Shown piece by piece: positions 24,709-36,580 of a stretch of 64,000 nucleotides of DNA. This stretch comes from Sphaerodactylus townsendi (Eukaryota), in assembly GCF_021028975.2 (NCBI RefSeq), contig NC_059426.1:126046001-126110000 (forward strand), given 5' to 3'. Under the pieces are notes generated by a model. The model was given only the letters and a program-made list of their open reading frames with translations, ran no database searches and was not told where the DNA came from. Position numbers and translations under genes: made by a program. Position 1 is the first letter of the stretch; every line of letters starts with the position of its first letter.

Positions 24709-26038
24709 GTGAGTTGTTCTGTTTCACAATAAGAATGTTCTGTTTCACAATATTCTAGGAGTTCTTTCTTGAGAGTAGAAAAGCTTAAAGAATCAACATT
24801 ACCAAGCAGCAGAATAATGATACAGAAAGTAATAATTGGCACAAGAAAGATTTATTTTCAAATTAATTTCAAAGTTTTAAAATCTTTTTGCTTTTGTGTT
24901 TCACTCATTTCCCTTAGGTAAAACATCTTTGGTTTCAAAAAATACGTATCTTTCATTGGAAAAAAAATACTATTTCCTCTTGGAAATCCAAAGGAGAGGA
25001 CATTTTTCTTTAACTTGTCTCTCTGTAGTGGGAATGGCTGCTGGAAAAAGGATCAGCCAAAATTCTTTTGGCCACATGCACACCCATACTTTGGATCTGA
25101 GTCATTGATCAAACCACACATCTGTTGTCAACAGTTCAATTAATTAAATGTAATTTAGCCGATACCTTAGTTATTCACCATAGATCAGCCCTGCGTGCTG
25201 CCTATGGAGATGCATATGGTCTTTATCAGTGAGCCAGATGTGGACTCAGAAGTACTTCAAACCATTTTTATAATATGTCTCATTTTTCAGTGTGCAAAGT
25301 CTTGCTACATATCTTATGTAATGAACAGTGCAATCAAAAAAAGCTTACTTGGCAGTAAGTCCTATTTCAGTGGAACTTCTTCCACTGTTTATGGTTTAGG
25401 ATCCATCCTTAATGTCTCCATGGACTGGCTTTCCTTTCTCCACCACAGATTTGGATGGTCCAATCCAGATGGGGGCACCCAAATCCACTTGTGGAGGCAG
25501 CATGAAGCTTTGCTGACATATTTGCCGCCTCTGCCAGCAAAAGGGACACCCATTCCAGTAGAGGGAACAAAGGCGCCAGTGGCTAACCATCCTGCAGCTC
25601 CACAGCGGCGAAGCCTGGAAGTCTGGGCTGCCATGGAGCTGCACCAGCGTGGGGGAAGGGTGCATGCCAGGGCATTTCAGGGGGTGGAACCAACATTAGT
25701 TGGCTTTCATCCCAGGTTTGCAGCTAGTTGCGGTGCAGCCCAGGACCTGGACTTAGGCTACCCTTTTGGGCTGTATAAGTCCATTAAACCCTTTGGTGGG
25801 CTGTCCAGCTGTGGGAGAAGTTGGCTTTTTTTTCTTCCTGCGCTGCTGGAAAGCCCTCTGGAATTGGCAGGGCAATGCAGTCCTTGGCTGCCGGAGGGGC
25901 TCTGCTTTGGGCTGAAGGACTAAGATTCTTAGGGGCAGAAAAAATGTAAGCTGGTGTCCCCTTGTTGTTAAATATGCATAGGGTTTGAATGCCATCTAGC
26001 AGACTTTTCTTGTCAAAGGCTGTCATAGCCGGATACAA

Positions 26039-26282
26039 CTGGTTGTGTTGGGTTTTGTGGGCTGTGTGGCCATGGTCTGGTAGATCTTGTACCTAACGTT
26101 TCGCCTGCATCTGTGGCTGGCATCTTCAGAGGTATATCACACAGGGAAGTCTGTTACACACTGGACACAGACTTCCCTCTGTGATACACCTCTGAAGATG
26201 CCAGCCACAGATGCAGGCAAAACGTTAGGAACAAGATCTACCAGACCACGGCCACACAGCCCGGAAAACCCACAACAGCCAG
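26039..26282. mobile_element. Penelope-like inverted pLTR pair (about 115-bp arms)
   Basis: Near-perfect inverted repeat of the family found at six loci in this window. Confidence 0.75.
26090..26134 (-). ncRNA. Putative minimal type-I hammerhead ribozyme in PLE repeat
   Basis: UACCU-CUGAAGA-U-GCC(loop)GGC-GAAA-CG-UU-AGGUA: complete core, 5-bp helix I, palindromic ACGU helix III. Confidence 0.6.
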
Positions 26283-26349
26283 ACTTTTCTTGCTGGAGTT
26301 TAGTGTTTCCCATGTATTATTACTTTTTATCTTATTGCTACTTCAACAG

Positions 26350-26437
26350 GCAGCATATGATAAAGTAAGAAAAGCCAAGAAACAGGCAGCAGAAAGAACT
26401 GAGAAGCTTGATGAAAGGAGGAAAAAAGTCAAGCTTG
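26350..26437 (+). CDS. DNAJC17: DNAJC17 exon 4 ([29 protein letters not shown])
   Basis: tcaacag acceptor, G|GTATGT donor. Confidence 0.96.
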
Positions 26438-26692
26438 GTATGTAATAAGAGTATATAAAAAGTAAAGGCCCAGTTGCTGGGATCCTTATTTGTTAATATT
26501 TATAATTTTTCATAAATTGAGTTTTTTCATAAACTTTTCATAATTTTTTTCAAAAGAGCTAAATGCCGATTACAGTGGTGTGGTGGCTTCTGTGAAAAGC
26601 TCCCTGCAATTAGCAAAGATTGGCACTATTTGAAATCGTTTCCAGTCAAATGCTGTTTGGATTTTGCTGAACTTGTGCAATTTTTCTTCCAG

Positions 26693-26775
26693 ACCTTGAA
26701 GCCCGGGAAAGACAAGCCCAGGCTGAGGTCAGCAAGGAGGAGGAGATCCGGATAACCAGGACATTAGAAGAAGAG
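26693..26775 (+). CDS. DNAJC17: DNAJC17 exon 5 (DLEARERQAQAEVSKEEEIRITRTLEEE)
   Basis: tcttccag acceptor, GAG|GTAAAA donor. Confidence 0.95.
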
Positions 26776-27078
26776 GTAAAACTGGCTTGCCAAGCAATAT
26801 AATAGCTTGATAAAACATGGGTATGGAAATAGATCTATTTATACAGCCCAGATGGTGAGCAGAAAGCCAATGATAAATAAGATATATGGACTAGAAGGTG
26901 CTGGGGCCTTGGGCTTAAGGCCAGCATAAGGGGGTTTAGTTGTTGATGAGACAAAATGCTGAGTGACTTTTCACAGCTATTTATCTTATATGCTATAAAT
27001 AGTCTTCATTGAAAAAGGATATAAAGTCAACTTTTGGGCAACATAGCCACCATTTTTGCGTTCTGCCTCTCTTCCCAG

Positions 27079-27175
27079 ATCCTACGGCTTCGTGAAGAGG
27101 GATCCCGCCAACTGGAGGAACAGCAAAGACTCATCCAGGAGCAAATTCAACTTGAGAGAGAGCAGAGAATACGAG
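27079..27175 (+). CDS. DNAJC17: DNAJC17 exon 6 ([32 protein letters not shown])
   Basis: cttcccag acceptor, G|GTAAAG donor. Confidence 0.96.
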
Positions 27176-27604
27176 GTAAAGCCATGCAAGAACCTCTGTC
27201 CTGTTCATCTGGGGTTGGAATATGCCCTTATCTGATGCTCAAAGGAGCCTATTGTTAACGGGTATGCCTCTAGAAATAATCACTCCTTCCTTGTCTTGCT
27301 ATGAAGCTTCACAGTCAGAAACTTATTCTCCCAACTAATGCATTAAAAAGGACAGTTTTTCCAGGTGGTGCCTTTGATTCCCCATGTAACCTCAGGCAGT
27401 TGGCATCCCCCTCTTGAATCTGTGTATCCCCTTTCAAAAGAGGCAAGTGTTGAGGATTAATGTATGTTCAGAGAAATTAAATCAAAGTACAGAGATCCAG
27501 AACACAGGATTACATGAATGTCTTCATTTTGTAAAATGGAAGTTGTGATTTACACTTGGAGTGGTTGTCACTGAAGTCTTCCTTTTCCCCCCTCTTTTTT
27601 TGAG

Positions 27605-27654
27605 GCAAACAAGATGGTTATAGAGAAGAAGGCAAAGGAACCCCCAAGCTCAAA
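27605..27654 (+). CDS. DNAJC17: DNAJC17 exon 7 (GKQDGYREEGKGTPKLK)
   Basis: Long pyrimidine tract ending in GAG; AAA|GTAAGA donor; human GQGTPKLK. Start could be 9 nt later. Confidence 0.85.
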
Positions 27655-28071
27655 GTAAGACATTCCAAAAAACTTGAGCTATGAAGAGAGATGAGCCACC
27701 TATAACTTATCATTCCATCAGTAGAAGCCATGTGGATCGCCTCCAGACTTACAGAAAGCTGGACTGCCTCTGGCATCCTCACTGCTTACTGGAGTTGTCA
27801 CTTACCTCACCTTAATGTGTTCCTTGAACTTTAATCTAGAATCTAGGCACTAAGATGAAGGTAATTAGAAGTTAAGTGTCTGTGACTTGGGATACTGACA
27901 GGTTGTAGATGCTACTTGATGTATGTAGTAATTTTCATATGTTTTGCAATGTGAATTCTTTCCTAGTCTTGTATCTGTTTATCTGCATAAAAATTCTGCT
28001 AGATACTAGATTTCTTGCATTAGTTTGGGCAAAACTAACCATTTAAACTCTTCCTCCCCCACCCCCATTAG

Positions 28072-28149
28072 CTAAGATGGAAGTGCAAGAAAGAAGATGA
28101 GACAAAAGGAGGCTATTCAAAAGAAGTTCTCCTGCAAATCCTACAAAAG
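28072..28149 (+). CDS. DNAJC17: DNAJC17 exon 8 (LRWKCKKEDETKGGYSKEVLLQILQK)
   Basis: cattag acceptor, AAG|GT donor, human LKWKCKKEDESKGGYSKDVL. Confidence 0.95.
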
Positions 28150-28412
28150 GTCTTGTTCCATGTTTCTCTTTCATCTTTGTTTTGCCTAATAGTTTGTATG
28201 ATCAAGCAAAAACATTTGGTGTAAATTTACGCAGAAGGTTATGTGGACCCACCTTGGTCATTATATGTTTCCTCATTCTTTGTTAGTGAGGAACGGCATG
28301 ATTAGGAATTGTGATTTCCTATAACCAGCATTCCTGCAGAAAGGTTCCTAAATGGCTTCTGGTAGAGTGACTTAAGGGAAGTGGAATGGTACAGTATAGC
28401 CAGATCTTGCCA

Positions 28413-28680
28413 NNNNNNNNNNNNNNNNNNNNNNNNNNNNNNNNNNNNNNNNNNNNNNNNNNNNNNNNNNNNNNNNNNNNNNNNNNNNNNNNNNNNNNNN
28501 NNNNNNNNNNNNNNNNNNNNNNNNNNNNNNNNNNNNNNNNNNNNNNNNNNNNNNNNNNNNNNNNNNNNNNNNNNNNNNNNNNNNNNNNNNNNNNNNNNNN
28601 NNNNNNNNNNNNNNNNNNNNNNNNNNNNNNNNNNNNNNNNNNNNNNNNNNNNNNNNNNNNNNNNNNNNNNNNNNNNNNNN
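28413..28680. other. Assembly gap (N run); a minus-strand L2-like tail abuts its right edge
   Basis: N characters. Confidence 0.99.
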
Positions 28681-29363
28681 CCGAAGGGCTCTGGGCGGTG
28701 TACAAGAAGAAACAACAAAAACAATACATAATAAGTATCAGAATCCAAACAACATTAAAACCCTTAAAACACAGCACAGCAGCAACATCATAAAACCCAT
28801 ACTAATTATTATCGATGGCAACCGAACCTAAAGCTAAAGCCGGGAGGGGAATGGCAAAGCATAGTACAATCACCAGGTGGGCACTTTACATATTCAGAGT
28901 GACTTACATTCTGATTGCTTCCTTTGTGATTACTAAAATGATCTAAGCAACCAGTAGGCAAGTTGGATAGAACTTTCTTCATCTCTGAGAGTAGATATTC
29001 TTTTTGCTGAAAAATAATTGAGAACAAGACTGAATTCTGATTTCAGTTTGTTGTTTCACATGGTCTTAATCTGAACCGTGAGTAATATGTGAGTATGTGG
29101 GTCTTCTAATAGCCATGGTGTATTCTTTTTAACAGTGATCTCTTCGGAATCTCTGACCACTATAGTAATATCTGCAAAAGGATTTTGTAATTGGCATTCT
29201 TCTGTGATTCTGCAGTATATTTTAAGAAAAATATTAGTATTCGATTTCCAGTACTGTTCCTAATCTTACTTTCTGTAAAATTTTGCAAGAACTTTTATTT
29301 TCACAATTTAGAGCTTTCTCCTCTAGAACTATCTCTGATTTTACTTTTCTTGATTTTTGGCAG

Positions 29364-29444
29364 TATGGCGAGGTTCTGAATTTAGTGATCTCAAGCAAGA
29401 AGACTGGAAGTGCAGTTGTTGAATTTGCCACAGTGAAAGCTGCG
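29364..29444 (+). CDS. DNAJC17: DNAJC17 exon 9, RRM ([27 protein letters not shown])
   Basis: ttggcag acceptor, GCG|GTAAGT donor. Confidence 0.96.
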
Positions 29445-29831
29445 GTAAGTGTTCTGACTAAAGAATTTCTTGGTGCACCAAAGTGTTTGGGGTAATTGAG
29501 GAGGTTTCTACTGATACTTAGGAAAGAGGATAGAGTTAGCTTGTTGGCTATGGAATGTAACGGTTTGGATCCTACAAGACTATCCAAGTGAGGCATACCT
29601 TGTAAAGCAGGATTTTGCTGCCTCCTCCCCCCAGTGCAGCCTTTTAAGCTTCCCTAGAGTCAGGGGAACTTCCTGTGAAGTATGGAGCCAAAAGGAGGGT
29701 CTACAGTGAGAGTAAAAATGCCCCCTCCCACCCAGAGGCAGAGCTACCAGGGGGCCGGGGGGTGCGCGTTGCACTTGGGCCGTGCCCGGGGGGGTCGCCC
29801 CCCCTTCCCCTTGCAGCACCTCCCTTTCGCA

Positions 29832-29862
<31 letters not shown>

Positions 29863-30474
29863 CACACACACCATACACACACTTACCTTTGTGAAACAGT
29901 GCAGGCTGGAGAAATGGCCTTTTCCCTTCAGGGTGAAAATGGCGTGGTGGGAACCACACTTCCCAGGAGACCTTGCGAGCCCAAGTACGCCTCTGCTCCC
30001 ACCAACACAATGAGTGCCCTTCGATTGTCAGAAATCACCCCCACAATCTGAGCTGTTCTATTTAGGACAGTGCATTTTTAATGCCAAAAATAATGGGGTA
30101 AAATATAATGTCCATGTTCTGTAGCAGATCCTGTTGGCAGCTTCTTCCCTGACTGACTTAGCATGTAGAATATGTGATAAATGATGTGCTTTAGCTGATG
30201 TGGCAGAAACTTCCTGTACCATGTAAGAGCCCTGTGAGATGCACCCTTGTCTCTCTTGTTGTGGGAATGTTTACAGTTCCATCATAATGATCAAGCTTTT
30301 CAGACAGGAGTTGGAAAGGAGAAGTTTTGAAGTAAAAGGTTTTTGTGTTTCGCCCAGCTCTGCAATTTAGTTACTTGACCTGTGGCTATTTTTCTTTTTG
30401 CTGGCATTTGATTGGGAAGTGTGGATCAATGAAATGAACAGAGGTTGCTATGGCACACTGTGTTTATTTGGTAG

Positions 30475-30597
30475 GAGATGGCAGTAAAGAATGAAGTTGG
30501 CTTGATAAGCAATCCTCTAAAGATCTCCTGGCTAGAGGGCCAGCCGCAGAACAGCACAGTGTTTTCTGATGGCTCCATCCAGCCACGAATAACCAAG
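30475..30597 (+). CDS. DNAJC17: DNAJC17 exon 10 ([25 protein letters not shown]...RITK)
   Basis: ttggtag acceptor, AAG|GTAAGA donor. Confidence 0.95.
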
Positions 30598-31301
30598 GTA
30601 AGAAAAAGGCACCATCCTACTTAATTTTTTAATGTATCCATTCAAACTGTACCTAGTACTGGCAGTAGCAAAATTTTACGGTGTCTATCTTTGTATTTCT
30701 GTCCTGGTAGATGTTACTCTGTAACATTGAAAAATGCTGAGTTTTTTAAAATTTGTGAATGGGTTCTAATTGAAACCTAAATCTGGTTGGATATTAAGAG
30801 TTTGTGTAGCCATGCTTTACTAGGACACTAATTGACACTAATAACTACAGTGAACAGAGAGGAACCTTTGCAGTGTCTTGTAATGTCTGTCATATTACAG
30901 TTGATGTGCAGCTGAAGAAGCAGGAGCCTTAGGAAGAAATGAATGTTCAGATCTTCTCAAAGAAAGAAGGTTCTTCCACAATAAGATTCTTCCACAGTGG
31001 GAAGCTCTCATTGTATGACAGAACGTCTCACTGTTCACAAGAAACCAGCATGCTCACTACACTCCTTCCACATCTTCTATATAAAACAAGTCAATGAGAA
31101 AATATCATCACTTAGAAGAGGAGGGTATTTGTTGAAACCACTTTACATTTGAATTTGGCTTGTAGTAACTTTGTAATAGCATTTATGGATAGACAAATTA
31201 TTCTAGTTTTTCTCTGTCGAGGGCAGGAAAATACTTTTTTCTGTTTTAGTAGAGTAAAGAATACATTCTATTTTGTATCCGTAGCCTGCCATACACTAAG
31301 G

Positions 31302-31776
31302 CAGTGATGGCGAACTTTTTTAAGACCGAGTGCCCAAATTGCAAACCAAACCCCATTTATTTATCACAAAGTGCCAATCCAGCAATTTAACCTGAATGCT
31401 GAGGTTTTGGTTTAGAAAAAAATGGTTGGCTCCCTCTTCCTCCATCCCACCTGCTCGAGCAGGGGCCAGCCTGTTCTAGCCTCCAGCAAGTCTTGCATAC
31501 ATCGCTCTGTGCCTCTGTAACATCTCTGCTTCCTCTGCGCCCCACCCCCTCGGGCAGCAGCCACCTGGAGCACAGGCACCAGGCCCGCCAGCCGAGTCCT
31601 CCCTGCTCATTTCAGTGCGCGCATGTCATGCTCAGTGGCCCAGGCCAGCCTAGATGTGTGTGTGGGGGGTGTGTGTGATTTTCCGCCCCCCACATGACAA
31701 ACTCTGTGTGCGCATGGCCACAGAGAGGGCTCCAAGTGCCACCTCTGGCACCCGTGCCATAGGTTCGCCATCACTG
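31302..31776. mobile_element. Non-autonomous hAT (Charlie-group) element
   Basis: TIRs CAGTGATGGCGAAC / GTTCGCCATCACTG; 8-bp TSD CACTAAGG. Confidence 0.92.
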
Positions 31777-32628
31777 CACTAAGGGCTCAGGGCAGCTAAT
31801 TTGTGAAGGAAACAAACATTTGTGTCCTTTAAAGGGTTCACAGATGAAACAGACAAGATAAATTTTTGCAACTTGGGTGGGGGTAGGGATTATGGAAACA
31901 TAATTTTAAAAATACTGATCTGAGCTATATATGTGGAGCGATAGTTCTTAGACAGTTTGGCTGTGGAAGGTCCTCCCCCCACCCCAGCCTTTATGCATGG
32001 CCCCTATTGCTCTCTTCAGAACTCACTGCCACAATCGGTCCTCCTCTTCTCTCTACATGTGGGCCTGCAAATCTTTTCCAGCAATGTGTGACAGTTGTGT
32101 CCTTACTAAGCAGGTGTTCTGGTAGCTTCTTAGAAAAGGCTGTTATTTCTTTCTTCCCTTGGCTTGCCAGCAAGTTTCTCTGTGCTTAATTCCAAGTGGC
32201 CATTCTTGCAAAGCTGCTTCCTGAATGATTGTTTGGGTCTTTTGCAATTCTAGCAAAGGTACACTTAGGGGTGTTTTAGCAAAGGGCACCATTTCTGCCA
32301 GTTGTGGATCTTTACAACCACAGATAATCATACCTGGAGTGTATTAGGGAACAGTACTATAACTGGCTGATCTAAATGGGATGGAATCAAGCAGAAGCTG
32401 CAGATTTTGGGGTGCGAAGGTAAGATATCCTATCACTAGCAGGTCCATATCAGTTGTCTGTGTCTCCCCCACCCTCTTTTTTTAGAACAGAAGAACAGAT
32501 GATCCAGCCAAAAGGCCCCTCCCACTTTCCTATCTAGTCTTTCTATTAGATTCTGGAGCCTACTCCTAGAATTCTGGTTTTGAATACTCTTTCTTGTGAA
32601 ATCTTTGGCTCGAGACTTATTTTTTCTT

Positions 32629-32769
32629 GGGCTCATTCCACACACGCAGAATAATGCACTTTCAAACTGCTTTCAGTGCTCTTTGAAGCTGTGCGGAATG
32701 GCAAAATCCACTTGCAAACAATTGTGAAAGTGGTTTGAAAACAAATAATTTGCGTGTGCGGAAGGGGCC
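32629..32769. mobile_element. MITE, possibly PIF/Harbinger-like (second copy inverted at 36912-37052)
   Basis: Imperfect TIRs GGCTCATTCC.CACACGCA / TGCGTGTGCGGAAGGGGCC; two copies in window. Confidence 0.6.
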
Positions 32770-33653
32770 TTGGATTGTTTCCATAACAGATTATTGTGAC
32801 TGGGAACTGCAGCAGTTACTGCTGGAAAGGATGACCATGTCTAAACTAAGGGGTAAAATAACCTGGTAACTGTGCTTGGGACTTTAGCTTTATGGAGGTG
32901 AGAGAGTTACATTACTCAGACAGACCACTCCTGCTGCCTGCTGGACTGGCACAGGTTGGCCCCCTTCTGTCAGGAGTGCTTCAGTTATTAGGTCATCAGC
33001 TGGTAAGATTTTTTCCTTCACACCCTGCAGCAACTCAGTAGGATATTTTGTTCTGCTTCCAGCAAGTTTGCATATTCATCGGTGTTGTTTTAGTCACCTA
33101 AAGGAACTAAGGAAATCTAGGTGGGTACATCATTCAGGCTAATCAGGTCAGAAGCCTGTGGTTTTCTCATGAAACTAATCGCACCCAAATCTGGTAAACT
33201 AAATCAGCTGGGAAAACCAGAGTGCTGCCAGCATCAGATATTCAAAACAGGTGTTAATTGCCTAAAGCAGTGGTTCCCAGCCTCTTTTCACTTGCATGCC
33301 CCTTGGCAACCCATTTAAAATATATCCCTATATTAGCAAACCCATTACGTAGGATTTTTTGCATACCCCCAAATATTCTGGCTCTTTCCGCTGGGGGTAT
33401 GCATACCCCAGTTTCGGAATCACTGGCCTAAAGTAATGAGATTGTTTTTAAATCTTGAGGGGTTTTTGAAAATGGCAACAAAAATGATCCACTGAAGTCT
33501 GAACTTTAAAAATAGTACTTTCTCCACCATAATCTTAATTATAGACCAAGAAAACTGTCTTCTGCAACTTGTATGAATTACATACATAAAACAAATATCC
33601 CATAGCACAGTTCTTCAAAATTACAGCCCTGCCTCCAGTATACAAACTAATAC

Positions 33654-33841
33654 ATGAGGTGCTGTGTGGTTTCCGGGCTGTATGGCCGTGTTCTAGCAGC
33701 ATTCTCTCTTGACGTTTCACAGATGCCAGTCACAGATGCAGGCGAAATGTCAGGAGAGAAAGCTGCTAGAACCCGGCCATACAGCCCGGAAACCATACAG
33801 CACCTCAGTGATTCCAGCCGTGAAAGCCTTCGACAATACAT
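33654..33841. mobile_element. Penelope-like inverted pLTR pair with central deletion
   Basis: Inverted arms plus GCCGTGAAAGCCTTCGACAATACA tail. Confidence 0.7.
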
Positions 33842-34899
33842 TAAACTAATACATGGTTTGATTACAGTGGAGAACATTGCTTAAAATAAATTTTCAGGTC
33901 CTGGCGACTGCACAAAAATCCTAACCAATCAAAAGATATCTCATGAACCATACATGGACTGTGGGCTCTGAATTCAAGATCCTTTTCCTATGACCAAAAA
34001 TAGTACAGCCGATAGAAAATTATATAGATATGCCAGACTTTTCTTCCATAGTCTCTTTAAGCTACGTTACTTTTTTTACCTCTTTAAATTTTAGTATTCA
34101 CCTCAAATGTCCACAATATTTACAAAGCACAAACTTTCTAGCCCTTCTCCCCAGATTTCTACTTGCTGTGAGATTGCTTCTGTTTTATCTTTTTCATGTG
34201 CTTCTTAGTTTTCTGGTTAATGTCTGTCTACCTAACAAGTACACATTTGTGTGCACTGTAGTCATGATGTTTCTAGAAGGTAAAATTCAGTGGCATTATT
34301 GATTGGCAAGCTTCTAAAATGTTGATATTCCACCTTTCAGCTATCCAGTCTTCAGTGTGGTTTTCAATTAATAAAGCCATTAACAAAATAATTGCAAAAA
34401 AAATAAATTTACAAAGATGCAGTAACATGATTGTGTCAGAAGAGTGAGATAAGAACCACTTTCTACAAAGATGAAGCAAATGAATCCAAATGAAGCAAAT
34501 GCTTTGTGGCTTATTGCATCTGACAGCTGGCTAAGATTGTTGTCTTTTTCCTGTGGTAAAGTAGGAGTCATTTGGTATGCTAGTTAAGAGGATGTGTTAC
34601 TTACTATATAGTTAGTTCCTTGACAGGAAGGCTTAACATGTCCAAGAAGTTGCTCAGCCAAACTATTAATCTAAGAAAATAAGACCTGACAACTCTTGTC
34701 TCTGATTTGTTTACGTTTCTTGTTTCAAGAAGCTGAAGCAAGGGCAAGGCTTCCAGGTTAATTGGGAACTGTTGGCTTGCTTTGGCTTTAAATGACAACT
34801 GTCATTATCTCAGCTATGCAAGAATGGGTGGTGTTCAGGATTCAATTCAAGCAGGCTTTCTACTGAGGTTGATCTGTGAGCAAAGATATGTGGCCAGGA

Positions 34900-34905
34900 T
34901 TTATT
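34900..34905 (-). terminator. Candidate polyadenylation signal for C15orf62
   Basis: AATAAA on the minus strand about 900 nt after the stop codon. Confidence 0.35.
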
Positions 34906-35796
34906 CTACATGTAAACAAGAGTGGTCAACTTAGGGTAACAACGCTAAATCAGTAACTCCTGACGCACAACCATGGAGCCATCTGAACAAATAAGCAAGC
35001 CTTGCAGACCAGAGTGGCTGGATTTACTTTAAAGTAGTGATGCAAAACAGTAACCTTATTACTTTTTCTTCAAGTCCCCTCACATTGCACAGATGAGATG
35101 TTAGCAATCACACTAACAGAGGCTGATGGTGGCACAAAAAATCCCAGTAAATATTTTTAATATGGGCAGGAATATACACTTCCTGGCTCATTTTTTTGCA
35201 AATGGTTATTGTAGAAGCAGTTGCTATAAATTCCTTTCCCTTGTGATGACTAGAAAGAGAAATAATTACATTGAATTTCCAGTTGCTTAAACATAGCCAT
35301 TAATTAGAATTAATGAGGAACAGTATGCCCTGGAATAGAGGACAATCTTTCTGTTCTGAATTGCTTCTACTTCTGGTTTTAAGGCTCTGCCTTCTGTTTC
35401 TGAACTAGCCATTTATGACACCGCTTTGGTTTTAAGATGTACCTAGCTGAGATTGTGGTGATGATGTTTAAACAGATATGTAAATTCTTCTTAGTGACAT
35501 AATTATCTACACTTCATGCACGTGCATATTTGCTCTGGACTCTGAAATGGCTCATGGGTTTTCCGTGCCAGAATGAAACACACTGAGATACAGAAGTGAG
35601 ATGATTGCAAATGTGAAAGGAATTGAATCAGTTTTAATGGTATCCAACACAGGGTGGTGCTTTTGCCCGGTTAGTGTACTGTAAAAGGCTCAATGGGAAC
35701 AGTCCACCTTCGGTTGTGTACTGATGGTGAAGCAGAACCAGTAATTCAGGAGGATTTTTAATCCCTTGGTTTTAGATAGTACAGCTAAAGTGGTAA

Positions 35797-36330
35797 TTAA
35801 TTCAATAATAAGTTCTGGCTTTTGAGTGTCTGCAGAATGTCTTCAAGGAGCGAGGGACCCAAGTCTAATTTGAAAGAAAAGAAAGGGTCGGATGGATCAG
35901 TCGTACCATGCCACGAGATGGTTTCAGAGTGGCGCCAGTCCACATGGTGGTTCTTGCAGAAAAGATCTGACTGTGTTTGAGTGGACTTGTGAGAGTGACG
36001 GGAAGTGCTTGGAAAGGAATTTTCAGCGGAGGACGAATCCGTGTGGTCTATTATATTGGGGCAGCTGGCGCTGTCCAGGTACAGCCGTGGTGGCTTGGGA
36101 GGCGGCTGTGTCTTGGTGGCTAGGTTTTCCTCACTCTGACATGAGAGGTAGTTTGACTTTCCTTTCAGGTCTCTTAGGAGCTCCCTTTTGTTGCATTGTT
36201 CATTGGAGTCTAGCGTACGGCTGTTGTGGTTCAAGATCGTTACTTGACTGCCCAGTTTCTTATGCCTCCGGAGTGAGAGACGCTTGAAGAAGCCTGAGGA
36301 CCTGAGGGATCCTCTCTGCCAAGTGTCCAT
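35797..36330 (-). CDS. C15orf62: C15orf62 orthologue, single coding exon, 177 aa, nested antisense in DNAJC17 intron 10
   Basis: GCCATGG Kozak; MDTWQRGSLRSSGFFKRLSL, PPKPPRLY..SCPNI and SDPFFSFKLDLGPSLLEDIL match recalled human protein; acceptor ctctgttccag at 36449; syntenic position. Confidence 0.92.
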   Translation of the reverse strand: MDTWQRGSLRSSGFFKRLSLRRHKKLGSQVTILNHNSRTLDSNEQCNKRELLRDLKGKSNYLSCQSEENLATKTQPPPKPPRLYLDSASCPNIIDHTDSSSAENSFPSTSRHSHKSTQTQSDLFCKNHHVDWRHSETISWHGTTDPSDPFFSFKLDLGPSLLEDILQTLKSQNLLLN

Positions 36331-36580
36331 GGCGAGGAAATAGTAAGAGACTGTTGACTGGCAATTCCAGAGTGAAGGAGACCTCAAACCTTGGTCTCAA
36401 CTGACATGAGGCTGTAGAAGTCAGGAGCCTCTCCTTTGTCAACAATTCCTGGAACAGAGAGGGAAAAAAGAGCAACAACAGACTGGCTTTCCCAAAAGGG
36501 TATTCTTGGTCATGGTGTCAACAGTATTCAAGGAGCCACTAGGTAAGAAATGCACTAGTATGTGTTTGAAGGTAATCTTC

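Noticed and set aside
24715-24752. 21-bp tandem duplication just after DNAJC17 exon 3
   Set aside because: Ordinary slippage duplication that does not alter the donor site
25195-25923. 242-aa plus-strand ORF in DNAJC17 intron 3
   Set aside because: Non-ATG start, no recognisable domain, and it runs through GC-rich repeat-like sequence
28302-28793. Four long ORFs in the ORF track
   Set aside because: They are artefacts of translating through the N gap
36331-36387. 19-aa N-terminal extension of the C15orf62 ORF
   Set aside because: It starts at TTG; the ATG at 36330 has a strong Kozak context and matches the orthologue start
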